Shown piece by piece: positions 47,801-59,800 of a stretch of 64,000 nt of DNA. The stretch covers positions 186,001 to 250,000 of the forward strand of contig CAXHJY010000264.1 of assembly GCA_964016885.1 (NCBI GenBank). Direction: 5' to 3'. The stretch is from Eledone cirrhosa. Lineage: Eukaryota. A program made the position numbers and the translations under genes. Within the stretch, counting starts at the first letter, position 1. Every line of letters begins with the position of its first letter. A model generated the notes under the pieces. It was not told the origin of the DNA, did not search any database, and saw only the letters and a program-made list of their open reading frames with translations.

Positions 47801-50800
47801 AATGTGGTGTAGTGTAGTGTGGTGTAGTGTGGAGTAGTGTGGTGTAATGTGGTGTGATGTGGTGTAGTGTGGTGTAGTGTAGCGTGGTGTAGTGTAGCAT
47901 GGTGTGGTGTGGTGTGTGGTGTAGTGTAGTGTAGTGTGGTGTAGTGTTGTGTGGTGTAGTGTAGAGTAGTGCGGTGTGGTGTGGTGTAGTGAAGTGTGGT
48001 GTAGTGTAGTGTAGTGTATTGTAGCGTGGTGTAGTGTAGTGTAGTGTGGTGTAGTGTTGTGTGGTGTGGTGAAGTGTAGAGTAGTGCGGTGTGGTGTGGT
48101 GTAGTGTAATGTGGTGTAGTGTAGTGTAGTGTGGTGTATTGTAGCGTGGTGTAGTGTAGTGTAGTGTGGTGTGGTGCAGTGTAATGTAGTGTGGTGTAGT
48201 GTAGTGTAGTGTAGTGTAGTGTAGTGTGGTGTAGTGTAGTGTAGTGTAGTGTAGTGTCGTATAGAGTAGTGTAGTGTGGTGTAGTGTTGTGTGGTGTGTG
48301 TATTGTAGAGTAGTGCGGTGTAGTGTAGCGTGGTGTAGTGTAGTGTAGTGTAGTGTAGTGTAGTCTGGTGTAGCGTAGAGTAGTGTGGTGTAGTGTAGTG
48401 TAATGTGGTGTGGTGTGGTGTAGTCTAGTGTGGTGTAGTGTAGCGTGGCGTAGTGTAGCGTGGTGTAGTGTGGTGTGGTGTAATGTAGTGTGGTGTAGTG
48501 TGGTGTGGTGTAATGTAGTGTGGTGTAGAGTAGTGTGGTGTAGTGTTGGTGTGGTATAATGTGGTGTTGTGTAGTGTAGTGTGGTGTAGTGTAGATTAGT
48601 GTGGTGTAGAGTGGTGTGGTGTAATGTGGTGTAGTGTAGTGTGGTGTAGTGTTGTGTGGTGTAGAGTAGTGTGGTGTGGTATAGTGTAGTGTGGTGTAGT
48701 GTAGCGTGGTGTAGTGTAGTGTAGTGTGGTGTGGTGTAATATAGTGTAGTGTTGTGTAGTATGGTGTGGTGTAGAGTAGTGTGTTGTAGTGTGGTGTGGT
48801 ATAATGTGGTGTAGTGTAGTGTGGTGTAGTGTAGAGTAGTGTGGTGTAATGTGGTGTGGTGTAATGTGGTGTAGTGTAGTGTGGTGTAGTGTAGAGTAGT
48901 GTGGTGTAGTGTGGTATGGTATAGTGTAGTGTGGTGTAGTGTAGAGTGGTGTAGTGTGGTGTAGTGTAGTGTGGTGTAGTGTTGTGTGGTGCAGTGTAGA
49001 GTAGAGTGGTGTAGTGTGGTGTGGTATAGTGTAGTGTGGTGTAGTGTAGTGTGGTGTAGTGTAGTGTAGTGTGGTGTAGTGTAGTGTGGTGTAGTGTGGT
49101 GTGGTATAACGTGCTGTATTGTAGTGTAGTGTAGTGTAGAGTAGTGTAGTGTGGTGTGGTGTGGTGTAATGTGGCGTAGTGTAGTGTGGTGTAGTGTGGT
49201 ATGGTATAGTGTAGTGGGGTGTAGTGTAGTGTGGTGTAGTGTAGTGTGGTGTAGTGTAGTGTGGTGTAGTGAAGAGTAGTGTGGTGTAGTGTGGTGTGGT
49301 GTAGTGTAGCGTGGTGTAGTGTGGTGTGGTGTAGTGTAGAGTAGTGTGGCGTAGTGTGGTATGGTATAGTGTAGTGTGGTGTAGTGTGGTATGGTATAGT
49401 GTAGTGTGGTGTAGTGTAGTGTGGTGTAGTGTAGTGTGGTGTAGTGTAGTGTGGTGTGGTGTAGTGAAGAGTAGTGTGGTGTAGTGTGGTGTGGTGTGGT
49501 GTAGTGTAGCGTGGTGTAGTGTGGTGTGGTGTAGTGTAGAGTTGTGTGGTGTGGTGTAGTGTAGAGTAGTGCGGTGTGGTGTGGTGTAGTGAAGTGTGGT
49601 GTAGTGTAGTGTAGTGTGGTGTATTGTAGCGTGGTGTAGTGTAGTGTAGTGTGGTGTGGTGCAGTGTAATGTAGTGTGGCGTGGTGTGGTGTGGTGTGGT
49701 GTGGTGTAGTGTAGTGTAGTGTAGTGTAGTGTAGTGTAGTGTAGTGTAGTGTAGTGTAGTGTAGTGTAGTGTAGTGTAGTGTAGTGTAGTGTAGTGTAGT
49801 GTAGTGTAGTGTAGTGTAGTGTAGTGTAGTGTAGTGTAGTGTAGTGTAGTGTAGTGTAGTGTAGTGTAGTGTGGTGTAGTGTAGTGTAGTGTAGTGTAGT
49901 GTAGTGTGGTGTGGTGTGGTGTAGTGTAGTGTAGTGTGTTGTGGTGTAGTGTAGAGTAGTGTGGTGTAGTGTGGTGTAATGTGGTGTGGTGTGGTGTAGT
50001 GTGGTGTGGTGTGGTGTGGTGTGGTGTGGTGTGGTGTGGTGTGGTGTGGTGTGGTGTGGTGTGGTGTGGTGTGGTGTGGTGTAGTGTAGTGTAGTGTAGT
50101 CTCGTATAGAGTAGTGTAGTGTGGTGTAGTGTTGTGTGGTGTGTATATTGTAGAGTAGTGCGGTGTAGTGTAGCGTGGTGTAGTGTAGTGTAGTGTAGTG
50201 TAGTGTAGTGTAGTGTAGTGTAGTGTAGTGTAGTGCAGTGTAGTGTAGTGTGGTGTAGTGTAGTGTAGTGTAGTGTATTGTGGTGTGGTGTGGTGTAGTG
50301 TAGTGTAGTTTGGTGTGGTGTAGTGTAGTGTAGTGTAGTATAGTGTAGTGTAGTCTTGTGTAGTGTAGTGTAGTGTAGTGTAGTGTAGTGTAGTGTAGTG
50401 TAGTGTACTGTAGTGTAGTGTAGTGTAGTGTTGTGTGGTGTAGTGTAGTGTGGTGGGGTGTAGTGTGGTGTGGTGTAGTGTGGTGCAGTGTAGTGTAGTG
50501 TAGTGTAGTGTAGTGTAGTGTAGAGTGGTGTGGTGTAGTGTAGTGTAGTGTAGTGTAGTGTAGTGTGGTGTGGTGTAGTGAAGTGTAGTGTAGTGTGGTG
50601 TGGTGCAGTGTAGTGTAGTTTAGTGTAGTGTGGTGTAGTGTGTAGTGTAGTGTAGTGTAGTGTAGTGTAGTGTAGTGTAGTGTAGTGTAGTGTAGTATAG
50701 TGTAGTGTGGTGTAGTGTAGGGTAGTGTGGTGTAGTGCAGCGTGATGTAGTGTAGTGTAGTGTAGTGTAGTGTAGTGTAGTGTAGTGTAGTGTAATGTAG

Positions 50801-53800
50801 TGTAGTGTAGTGTAGTGTAGTGTAGTGTGGTGTAGTGTAGAGTAGTGTGGTGTAGTGCAGCGTGATGTAGTGTAGTGTGGTGTAGTGTGGTATAGTGTAG
50901 TGTGGTGTGGTGTGGTATAGTGTAGTGTGGTGTAGTGTAGTGTAGTGTGGTGTAGTGTAGCGTGGTGTAGTGAGTGTAGTGTAGTGTGGTGTGGTGTAAT
51001 GTAGTGTACTGTAGTGTGGTGTGGTGAGGTGTGGTGTGGTGTGGTGTGGTGTAGTGTAGTGTAGTGTGGTGTGGTGTAATGTGTTGTCGTGTAGTATGGT
51101 GTAGTGTGGTGTAATGTGGTGTAGTGTGGTGTAGTGTAGTGCAGCGTGGTGTAGTGTAGTGTGGTGTGGTGTGTGGTGTAGTGTAGTGTAGTGTAGTGTA
51201 GTGTAGTGTAGTGTAGTGTAGTGTAGTGTGGTGTAGTGTAGTGTAGTGTGGTGTAGTGTAGTGTGGTGTGGTGTATAGTAATGTGGTGTAGTGTGGTGTG
51301 GTGTAATGTGGTGTGGTGTTTGTGGTGTAGTGTAGTGCAGTGTAGTGTTGTGTGGTGTAGTGTAGTGTAGTGTGGTGTGGTGTACTGTAGTGTAGTGTGG
51401 TGTAGTGTGGTGTAGTGTGGTGTAGTGTGGTGTAGTGTTGTGTGGTGTAATGTGGTGTGGTGTGGTGTAGTGTAGTGTGGTGTAGTGTAGTGTAGTGTGG
51501 TGTAGCGTGGTGTAGTGTAGTGTATTGTTGTGTGGTTTAATGTAGTGTAGTGTGGTGTAGTGTGGTGAAGTGTGGTGTAGTGTGGTGTGGTGTAGAGTAG
51601 TGTGGTGTAGTGTGGTGTGGTAGAATGTGGTGTAGTGTTGTGTGTTGTAGTGTAGTGTGGTGTGGTGTAGTGTAGAGTAGTGTGGTGTAGTGTGGTGTGG
51701 TGTAATGTGGTGTAGTGTAGTGTGGTGTAGTGTGGAGTAGTGTGGTGTAATGTGGTGTGGTGTGGTGTAGTGTGGTGTAGTGTAGCGTGGTGTAGTGTAG
51801 CATGGTGTGGTGTGGTGTGTGGTGTAGTGTAGTGTAGTGTGGTGTAGTGTTGTGTGGTGTAGTGTAGAGTAGTGCGGTGTGGTGTGGTGTAGTGAAGTGT
51901 GGTGTAGTGTAGTGTAGTGTATTGTAGCGTGGTGTAGTGTAGTGTAGTGTGGTGTAGTGTTGTGTGGTGTGGTGAAGTGTAGAGTAGTGCGGTGTGGTGT
52001 GGTGTAGTGTAATGTGGTGTAGTGTAGTGTAGTGTGGTGTATTGTAGCGTGGTGTAGTGTAGTGTAGTGTGGTGTGGTGCAGTGTAATGTAGTGTGGTGT
52101 AGTGTAGTGTAGTGTAGTGTAGTGTAGTGTAGTGTGGTGTAGTGTAGTGTAGTGTAGTGTAGTGTCGTATAGAGTAGTGTAGTGTGGTGTAGTGTTGTGT
52201 GGTGTGTGTATTGTAGAGTAGTGCGGTGTAGTGTAGCGTGGTGTAGTGTAGTGTAGTGTAGTGTAGTGTAGTGTAGTCTGGTGTAGCGTAGAGTAGTGTG
52301 GTGTAGTGTAGTGTAATGTGGTGTGGTGTGGTGTAGTCTAGTGTGGTGTAGTGTAGCGTGGCGTAGTGTAGCGTGGTGTAGTGTGGTGTGGTGTAATGTA
52401 GTGTGGTGTAGTGTGGTGTGGTGTAATGTAGTGTGGTGTAGAGTAGTGTGGTGTAGTGTTGGTGTGGTATAATGTGGTGTTGTGTAGTGTAGTGTGGTGT
52501 AGTGTAGATTAGTGTGGTGTAGAGTGGTGTGGTGTAATGTGGTGTAGTGTAGTGTGGTGTAGTGTTGTGTGGTGTAGAGTAGTGTGGTGTGGTATAGTGT
52601 AGTGTGGTGTAGTGTAGCGTGGTGTAGTGTAGTGTAGTGTGGTGTGGTGTAATATAGTGTAGTGTTGTGTAGTATGGTGTGGTGTAGAGTAGTGTGTTGT
52701 AGTGTGGTGTGGTATAATGTGGTGTAGTGTAGTGTGGTGTAGTGTAGAGTAGTGTGGTGTAATGTGGTGTGGTGTAATGTGGTGTAGTGTAGTGTGGTGT
52801 AGTGTAGAGTAGTGTGGTGTAGTGTGGTATGGTATAGTGTAGTGTGGTGTAGTGTAGAGTGGTGTAGTGTGGTGTAGTGTAGTGTGGTGTAGTGTTGTGT
52901 GGTGCAGTGTAGAGTAGAGTGGTGTAGTGTGGTGTGGTATAGTGTAGTGTGGTGTAGTGTAGTGTGGTGTAGTGTAGTGTAGTGTGGTGTAGTGTAGTGT
53001 GGTGTAGTGTGGTGTGGTATAACGTGCTGTATTGTAGTGTAGTGTAGTGTAGAGTAGTGTAGTGTGGTGTGGTGTGGTGTAATGTGGCGTAGTGTAGTGT
53101 GGTGTAGTGTGGTATGGTATAGTGTAGTGGGGTGTAGTGTAGTGTGGTGTAGTGTAGTGTGGTGTAGTGTAGTGTGGTGTAGTGAAGAGTAGTGTGGTGT
53201 AGTGTGGTGTGGTGTAGTGTAGCGTGGTGTAGTGTGGTGTGGTGTAGTGTAGAGTAGTGTGGCGTAGTGTGGTATGGTATAGTGTAGTGTGGTGTAGTGT
53301 GGTATGGTATAGTGTAGTGTGGTGTAGTGTAGTGTGGTGTAGTGTAGTGTGGTGTAGTGTAGTGTGGTGTGGTGTAGTGAAGAGTAGTGTGGTGTAGTGT
53401 GGTGTGGTGTGGTGTAGTGTAGCGTGGTGTAGTGTGGTGTGGTGTAGTGTAGAGTTGTGTGGTGTGGTGTAGTGTAGAGTAGTGCGGTGTGGTGTGGTGT
53501 AGTGAAGTGTGGTGTAGTGTAGTGTAGTGTGGTGTATTGTAGCGTGGTGTAGTGTAGTGTAGTGTGGTGTGGTGCAGTGTAATGTAGTGTGGCGTGGTGT
53601 GGTGTGGTGTGGTGTAGTGTAGTGTAGTGTAGTGTAGTGTAGTGTAGTGTAGTGTAGTGTAGTGTAGTGTAGTGTAGTGTAGTGTAGTGTAGTGTAGTGT
53701 AGTGTAGTGTAGTGTAGTGTAGTGTAGTGTAGTGTAGTGTAGTGTAGTGTAGTGTAGTGTAGTGTAGTGTAGTGTGGTGTGGTGTAGTGTAGTGTAGTGT

Positions 53801-56800
53801 AGTGTAGTGTGGTGTGGTGTGGTGTAGTGTAGTGTAGTGTGTTGTGGTGTAGTGTAGAGTAGTGTGGTGTAGTGTGGTGTAATGTGGTGTGGTGTGGTGT
53901 AGTGTGGTGTAGTGTAGTGTAGTGTAGTGTAGTGTAGTGTAGTGTAGTGTAGTGTAGTGTAGTGTAGTGTAGTGTAGTGTAGTGTAGTGTAGTGTAGTGT
54001 AGTGTAGTGTGGTGTGGTGTAATGTAGTGTAGTGTGGTGTAGTGTGGTGTAGTGTAGTATGGTGTGGTGTAGAGTAGTGTGGTGTAGTGTAGTGTGGTGT
54101 GGTGTAATGTGGTGTAGTGTAGTGTGGTGTAGTGTGGAGTAGTGTGGTGTAATGTGGTGTGGTGTGGTGTAGTGTGGTGTAGTGCAGTGTAGCGTGGTGT
54201 GGTGTGGTGCGGTGTGTGGTGTAGTGTAGTGTAGTGTGGTGTAGTGTTTTGTGGTGTGGTGAAGTGTAGAGTAGTGCGGTGTGGTGTGGTGTAGTGTAAT
54301 GTGGTGTAGTGTAGTGTAGTGTGGTGTATTGTAGCGTGGTGTGGTGTAGTGTAGTGTAGTGTGGTGTGGTGTGGTGTGGTGTGGTGTGGTGTGGTGTGGT
54401 GTGGTGTGGTGTGGTGTGGTGTGGTGTGGTGTGGTGTGGTGTGGTGTGGTGTGGTGTGGTGTGGTGTAGTGTAGTGTAGTGTAGTCTCGTATAGAGTAGT
54501 GTAGTGTGGTGTAGTGTTGTGTGGTGTGTATATTGTAGAGTAGTGCGGTGTAGTGTAGCGTGGTGTAGTGTAGTGTAGTGTAGTGTAGTGTAGTGTAGTG
54601 TAGTGTAGTGTAGTGTAGTGCAGTGTAGTGTAGTGTGGTGTAGTGTAGTGTAGTGTAGTGTATTGTGGTGTGGTGTGGTGTAGTGTAGTGTAGTTTGGTG
54701 TGGTGTAGTGTAGTGTAGTGTAGTATAGTGTAGTGTAGTCTTGTGTAGTGTAGTGTAGTGTAGTGTAGTGTAGTGTAGTGTACTGTAGTGTAGTGTAGTG
54801 TAGTGTTGTGTGGTGTAGTGTAGTGTGGTGGGGTGTAGTGTGGTGTGGTGTAGTGTGGTGCAGTGTAGTGTAGTGTAGTGTAGTGTAGTGTAGTGTAGAG
54901 TGGTGTGGTGTAGTGTAGTGTAGTGTAGTGTAGTGTAGTGTGGTGTGGTGTAGTGAAGTGTAGTGTAGTGTGGTGTGGTGCAGTGTAGTTTAGTGTAGTG
55001 TGGTGTAGTGTGTAGTGTAGTGTAGTGTAGTGTAGTGTAGTGTAGTGTAGTGTAGTGTAGTATAGTGTAGTGTGGTGTAGTGTAGGGTAGTGTGGTGTAG
55101 TGCAGCGTGATGTAGTGTAGTGTAGTGTAGTGTAGTGTAGTGTAGTGTAGTGTAATGTAGTGTAGTGTAGTGTAGTGTAGTGTGGTGTAGTGTAGAGTAG
55201 TGTGGTGTAGTGCAGCGTGATGTAGTGTAGTGTGGTGTAGTGTGGTATAGTGTAGTGTGGTGTGGTGTGGTATAGTGTAGTGTGGTGTAGTGTAGTGTAG
55301 TGTGGTGTAGTGTAGCGTGGTGTAGTGAGTGTAGTGTAGTGTGGTGTGGTGTAATGTAGTGTACTGTAGTGTGGTGTGGTGAGGTGTGGTGTGGTGTGGT
55401 GTGGTGTAGTGTAGTGTAGTGTGGTGTGGTGTAATGTGTTGTCGTGTAGTATGGTGTAGTGTGGTGTAATGTGGTGTAGTGTGGTGTAGTGTAGTGCAGC
55501 GTGGTGTAGTGTAGTGTGGTGTGGTGTGTGGTGTAGTGTAGTGTAGTGTAGTGTAGTGTAGTGTAGTGTAGTGTAGTGTGGTGTAGTGTAGTGTAGTGTG
55601 GTGTAGTGTAGTGTGGTGTGGTGTATAGTAATGTGGTGTAGTGTGGTGTGGTGTAATGTGGTGTGGTGTTTGTGGTGTAGTGTAGTGCAGTGTAGTGTTG
55701 TGTGGTGTAGTGTAGTGTAGTGTGGTGTGGTGTACTGTAGTGTAGTGTGGTGTAGTGTGGTGTAGTGTGGTGTAGTGTGGTGTAGTGTTGTGTGGTGTAA
55801 TGTGGTGTGGTGTGGTGTAGTGTAGTGTGGTGTAGTGTAGTGTAGTGTGGTGTAGCGTGGTGTAGTGTAGTGTATTGTTGTGTGGTTTAATGTAGTGTAG
55901 TGTGGTGTAGTGTGGTGAAGTGTGGTGTAGTGTGGTGTGGTGTAGAGTAGTGTGGTGTAGTGTGGTGTGGTAGAATGTGGTGTAGTGTTGTGTGTTGTAG
56001 TGTAGTGTGGTGTGGTGTAGTGTAGAGTAGTGTGGTGTAGTGTGGTGTGGTGTAATGTGGTGTAGTGTAGTGTGGTGTAGTGTGGAGTAGTGTGGTGTAA
56101 TGTGGTGTGGTGTGGTGTAGTGTGGTGTAGTGTAGCGTGGTGTAGTGTAGCATGGTGTGGTGTGGTGTGTGGTGTAGTGTAGTGTAGTGTGGTGTAGTGT
56201 TGTGTGGTGTAGTGTAGAGTAGTGCGGTGTGGTGTGGTGTAGTGAAGTGTGGTGTAGTGTAGTGTAGTGTATTGTAGCGTGGTGTAGTGTAGTGTAGTGT
56301 GGTGTAGTGTTGTGTGGTGTGGTGAAGTGTAGAGTAGTGCGGTGTGGTGTGGTGTAGTGTAATGTGGTGTAGTGTAGTGTAGTGTGGTGTATTGTAGCGT
56401 GGTGTAGTGTAGTGTAGTGTGGTGTGGTGCAGTGTAATGTAGTGTGGTGTAGTGTAGTGTAGTGTAGTGTAGTGTAGTGTAGTGTGGTGTAGTGTAGTGT
56501 AGTGTAGTGTAGTGTCGTATAGAGTAGTGTAGTGTGGTGTAGTGTTGTGTGGTGTGTGTATTGTAGAGTAGTGCGGTGTAGTGTAGCGTGGTGTAGTGTA
56601 GTGTAGTGTAGTGTAGTGTAGTGTAGTCTGGTGTAGCGTAGAGTAGTGTGGTGTAGTGTAGTGTAATGTGGTGTGGTGTGGTGTAGTCTAGTGTGGTGTA
56701 GTGTAGCGTGGCGTAGTGTAGCGTGGTGTGGTGTAATGTAGTGTGGTGTAGTGTGGTGTGGTGTAATGTAGTGTGGTGTAGAGTAGTGTGGTGTAGTGTT

Positions 56801-59800
56801 GGTGTGGTATAATGTGGTGTTGTGTAGTGTAGTGTGGTGTAGTGTAGATTAGTGTGGTGTAGAGTGGTGTGGTGTAATGTATTTACCACCCCCCCCCCAA
56901 CATTAGATTATATTACATTACATTACATTACATTACACATTATATTACACATTACATTACATTACACTACATTACACATTACATTACATTAATATAGTGT
57001 AGTGTTGTGTAGTATGGTGTGGTGTAGAGTAGTGTGTTGTAGTGTGGTGTGGTATAATGTGGTGTAGTGTAGTGTGGTGTAGTGTAGAGTAGTGTGGTGT
57101 AATGTGGTGTGGTGTAATGTGGTGTAGTGTAGTGTGGTGTAGTGTAGAGTAGTGTGGTGTAGTGTGGTATGGTATAGTGTAGTGTGGTGTAGTGTAGAGT
57201 GGTGTAGTGTGGTGTAGTGTAGTGTGGTGTAGTGTTGTGTGGTGCAGTGTAGAGTAGAGTGGTGTAGTGTGGTGTGGTATAGTGTAGTGTGGTGTAGTGT
57301 AGTGTGGTGTAGTGTAGTGTAGTGTGGTGTAGTGTAGTGTGGTGTAGTGTGGTGTGGTATAACGTGCTGTATTGTAGTGTAGTGTAGTGTAGAGTAGTGT
57401 AGTGTGGTGTGGTGTGGTGTAATGTGGCGTAGTGTAGTGTGGTGTAGTGTGGTATGGTATAGTGTAGTGGGGTGTAGTGTAGTGTGGTGTAGTGTAGTGT
57501 GGTGTAGTGTAGTGTGGTGTAGTGAAGAGTAGTGTGGTGTAGTGTGGTGTGGTGTAGTGTAGCGTGGTGTAGTGTGGTGTGGTGTAGTGTAGAGTAGTGT
57601 GGCGTAGTGTGGTATGGTATAGTGTAGTGTGGTGTAGTGTGGTATGGTATAGTGTAGTGTGGTGTAGTGTAGTGTGGTGTAGTGTAGTGTGGTGTAGTGT
57701 AGTGTGGTGTGGTGTAGTGAAGAGTAGTGTGGTGTAGTGTGGTGTGGTGTAGTGTAGCGTGGTGTAGTGTGGTGTGGTGTAGTGTAGAGTTGTGTGGTGT
57801 GGTGTAGTGTAGAGTAGTGCGGTGTGGTGTGGTGTAGTGAAGTGTGGTGTAGTGTAGTGTAGTGTGGTGTATTGTAGCGTGGTGTAGTGTAGTGTAGTGT
57901 GGTGTGGTGCAGTGTAATGTAGTGTGGCGTGGTGTGGTGTGGTGTGGTGTAGTGTAGTGTAGTGTAGTGTAGTGTAGTGTAGTGTAGTGTAGTGTAGTGT
58001 AGTGTAGTGTAGTGTAGTGTAGTGTAGTGTAGTGTAGTGTAGTGTAGTGTAGTGTAGTGTAGTGTAGTGTAGTGTAGTGTAGTGTAGTGTAGTGTAGTGT
58101 GGTGTGGTGTAGTGTAGTGTAGTGTAGTGTAGTGTAGTGTGGTGTGGTGTGGTGTAGTGTAGTGTAGTGTGTTGTGGTGTAGTGTAGAGTAGTGTGGTGT
58201 AGTGTGGTGTAATGTGGTGTGGTGTGGTGTAGTGTGGTGTAGTGTAGTGTAGTGTAGTGTAGTGTAGTGTAGTGTAGTGTAGTGTAGTGTAGTGTAGTGT
58301 AGTGTAGTGTAGTGTAGTGTAGTGTAGTGTAGTGTAGTGTAGTGTAGTGTAGTGTAGTGTAGTGTAGTGTAGTGTGGTGTGGTGTAATGTAGTGTAGTGT
58401 GGTGTAGTGTGGTGTAGTGTAGTATGGTGTGGTGTAGAGTAGTGTGGTGTAGTGTAGTGTGGTGTGGTGTAATGTGGTGTAGTGTAGTGTGGTGTAGTGT
58501 GGAGTAGTGTGGTGTAATGTGGTGTGGTGTGGTGTAGTGTGGTGTAGTGCAGTGTAGCGTGGTGTGGTGTGGTGCGGTGTGTGGTGTAGTGTAGTGTAGT
58601 GTGGTGTAGTGTTTTGTGGTGTGGTGAAGTGTAGAGTAGTGCGGTGTGGTGTGGTGTAGTGTAATGTGGTGTAGTGTAGTGTAGTGTGGTGTATTGTAGC
58701 GTGGTGTGGTGTAGTGTAGTGTAGTGTAGTGTGGTGTGGTGTGGTGTGGTGTGGTGTGGTGTGGTGTGGTGTGGTGTGGTGTGGTGTGGTGTGGTGTGGT
58801 GTGGTGTGGTGTGGTGTGGTGTGGTGTGGTGTGGTGTAGTGTAGTGTAGTGTAGTCTCGTATAGAGTAGTGTAGTGTGGTGTAGTGTTGTGTGGTGTGTA
58901 TATTGTAGAGTAGTGCGGTGTAGTGTAGCGTGGTGTAGTGTAGTGTAGTGTAGTGTAGTGTAGTGTAGTGTAGTGTAGTGTAGTGCAGTGTAGTGTAGTG
59001 TGGTGTAGTGTAGTGTAGTGTAGTGTATTGTGGTGTGGTGTGGTGTAGTGTAGTGTAGTTTGGTGTGGTGTAGTGTAGTGTAGTGTAGTATAGTGTAGTG
59101 TAGTCTTGTGTAGTGTAGTGTAGTGTAGTGTAGTGTAGTGTAGTGTACTGTAGTGTAGTGTAGTGTAGTGTTGTGTGGTGTAGTGTAGTGTGGTGGGGTG
59201 TAGTGTGGTGTGGTGTAGTGTGGTGCAGTGTAGTGTAGTGTAGTGTAGTGTAGTGTAGTGTAGAGTGGTGTGGTGTAGTGTAGTGTAGTGTAGTGTAGTG
59301 TAGTGTGGTGTGGTGTAGTGAAGTGTAGTGTAGTGTGGTGTGGTGCAGTGTAGTGTAGTTTAGTGTAGTGTGGTGTAGTGTGTAGTGTAGTGTAGTGTAG
59401 TGTAGTGTAGTGTAGTGTAGTGTAGTGTAGTGTAGTATAGTGTAGTGTGGTGTAGTGTAGGGTAGTGTGGTGTAGTGCAGCGTGATGTAGTGTAGTGTAG
59501 TGTAGTGTAGTGTAGTGTAGTGTAGTGTAATGTAGTGTAGTGTAGTGTAGTGTAGTGTGGTGTAGTGTAGAGTAGTGTGGTGTAGTGCAGCGTGATGTAG
59601 TGTAGTGTGGTGTAGTGTGGTATAGTGTAGTGTGGTGTGGTGTGGTATAGTGTAGTGTGGTGTAGTGTAGTGTAGTGTGGTGTAGTGTAGCGTGGTGTAG
59701 TGAGTGTAGTGTAGTGTGGTGTGGTGTAATGTAGTGTACTGTAGTGTGGTGTGGTGAGGTGTGGTGTGGTGTGGTGTGGTGTAGTGTAGTGTAGTGTGGT

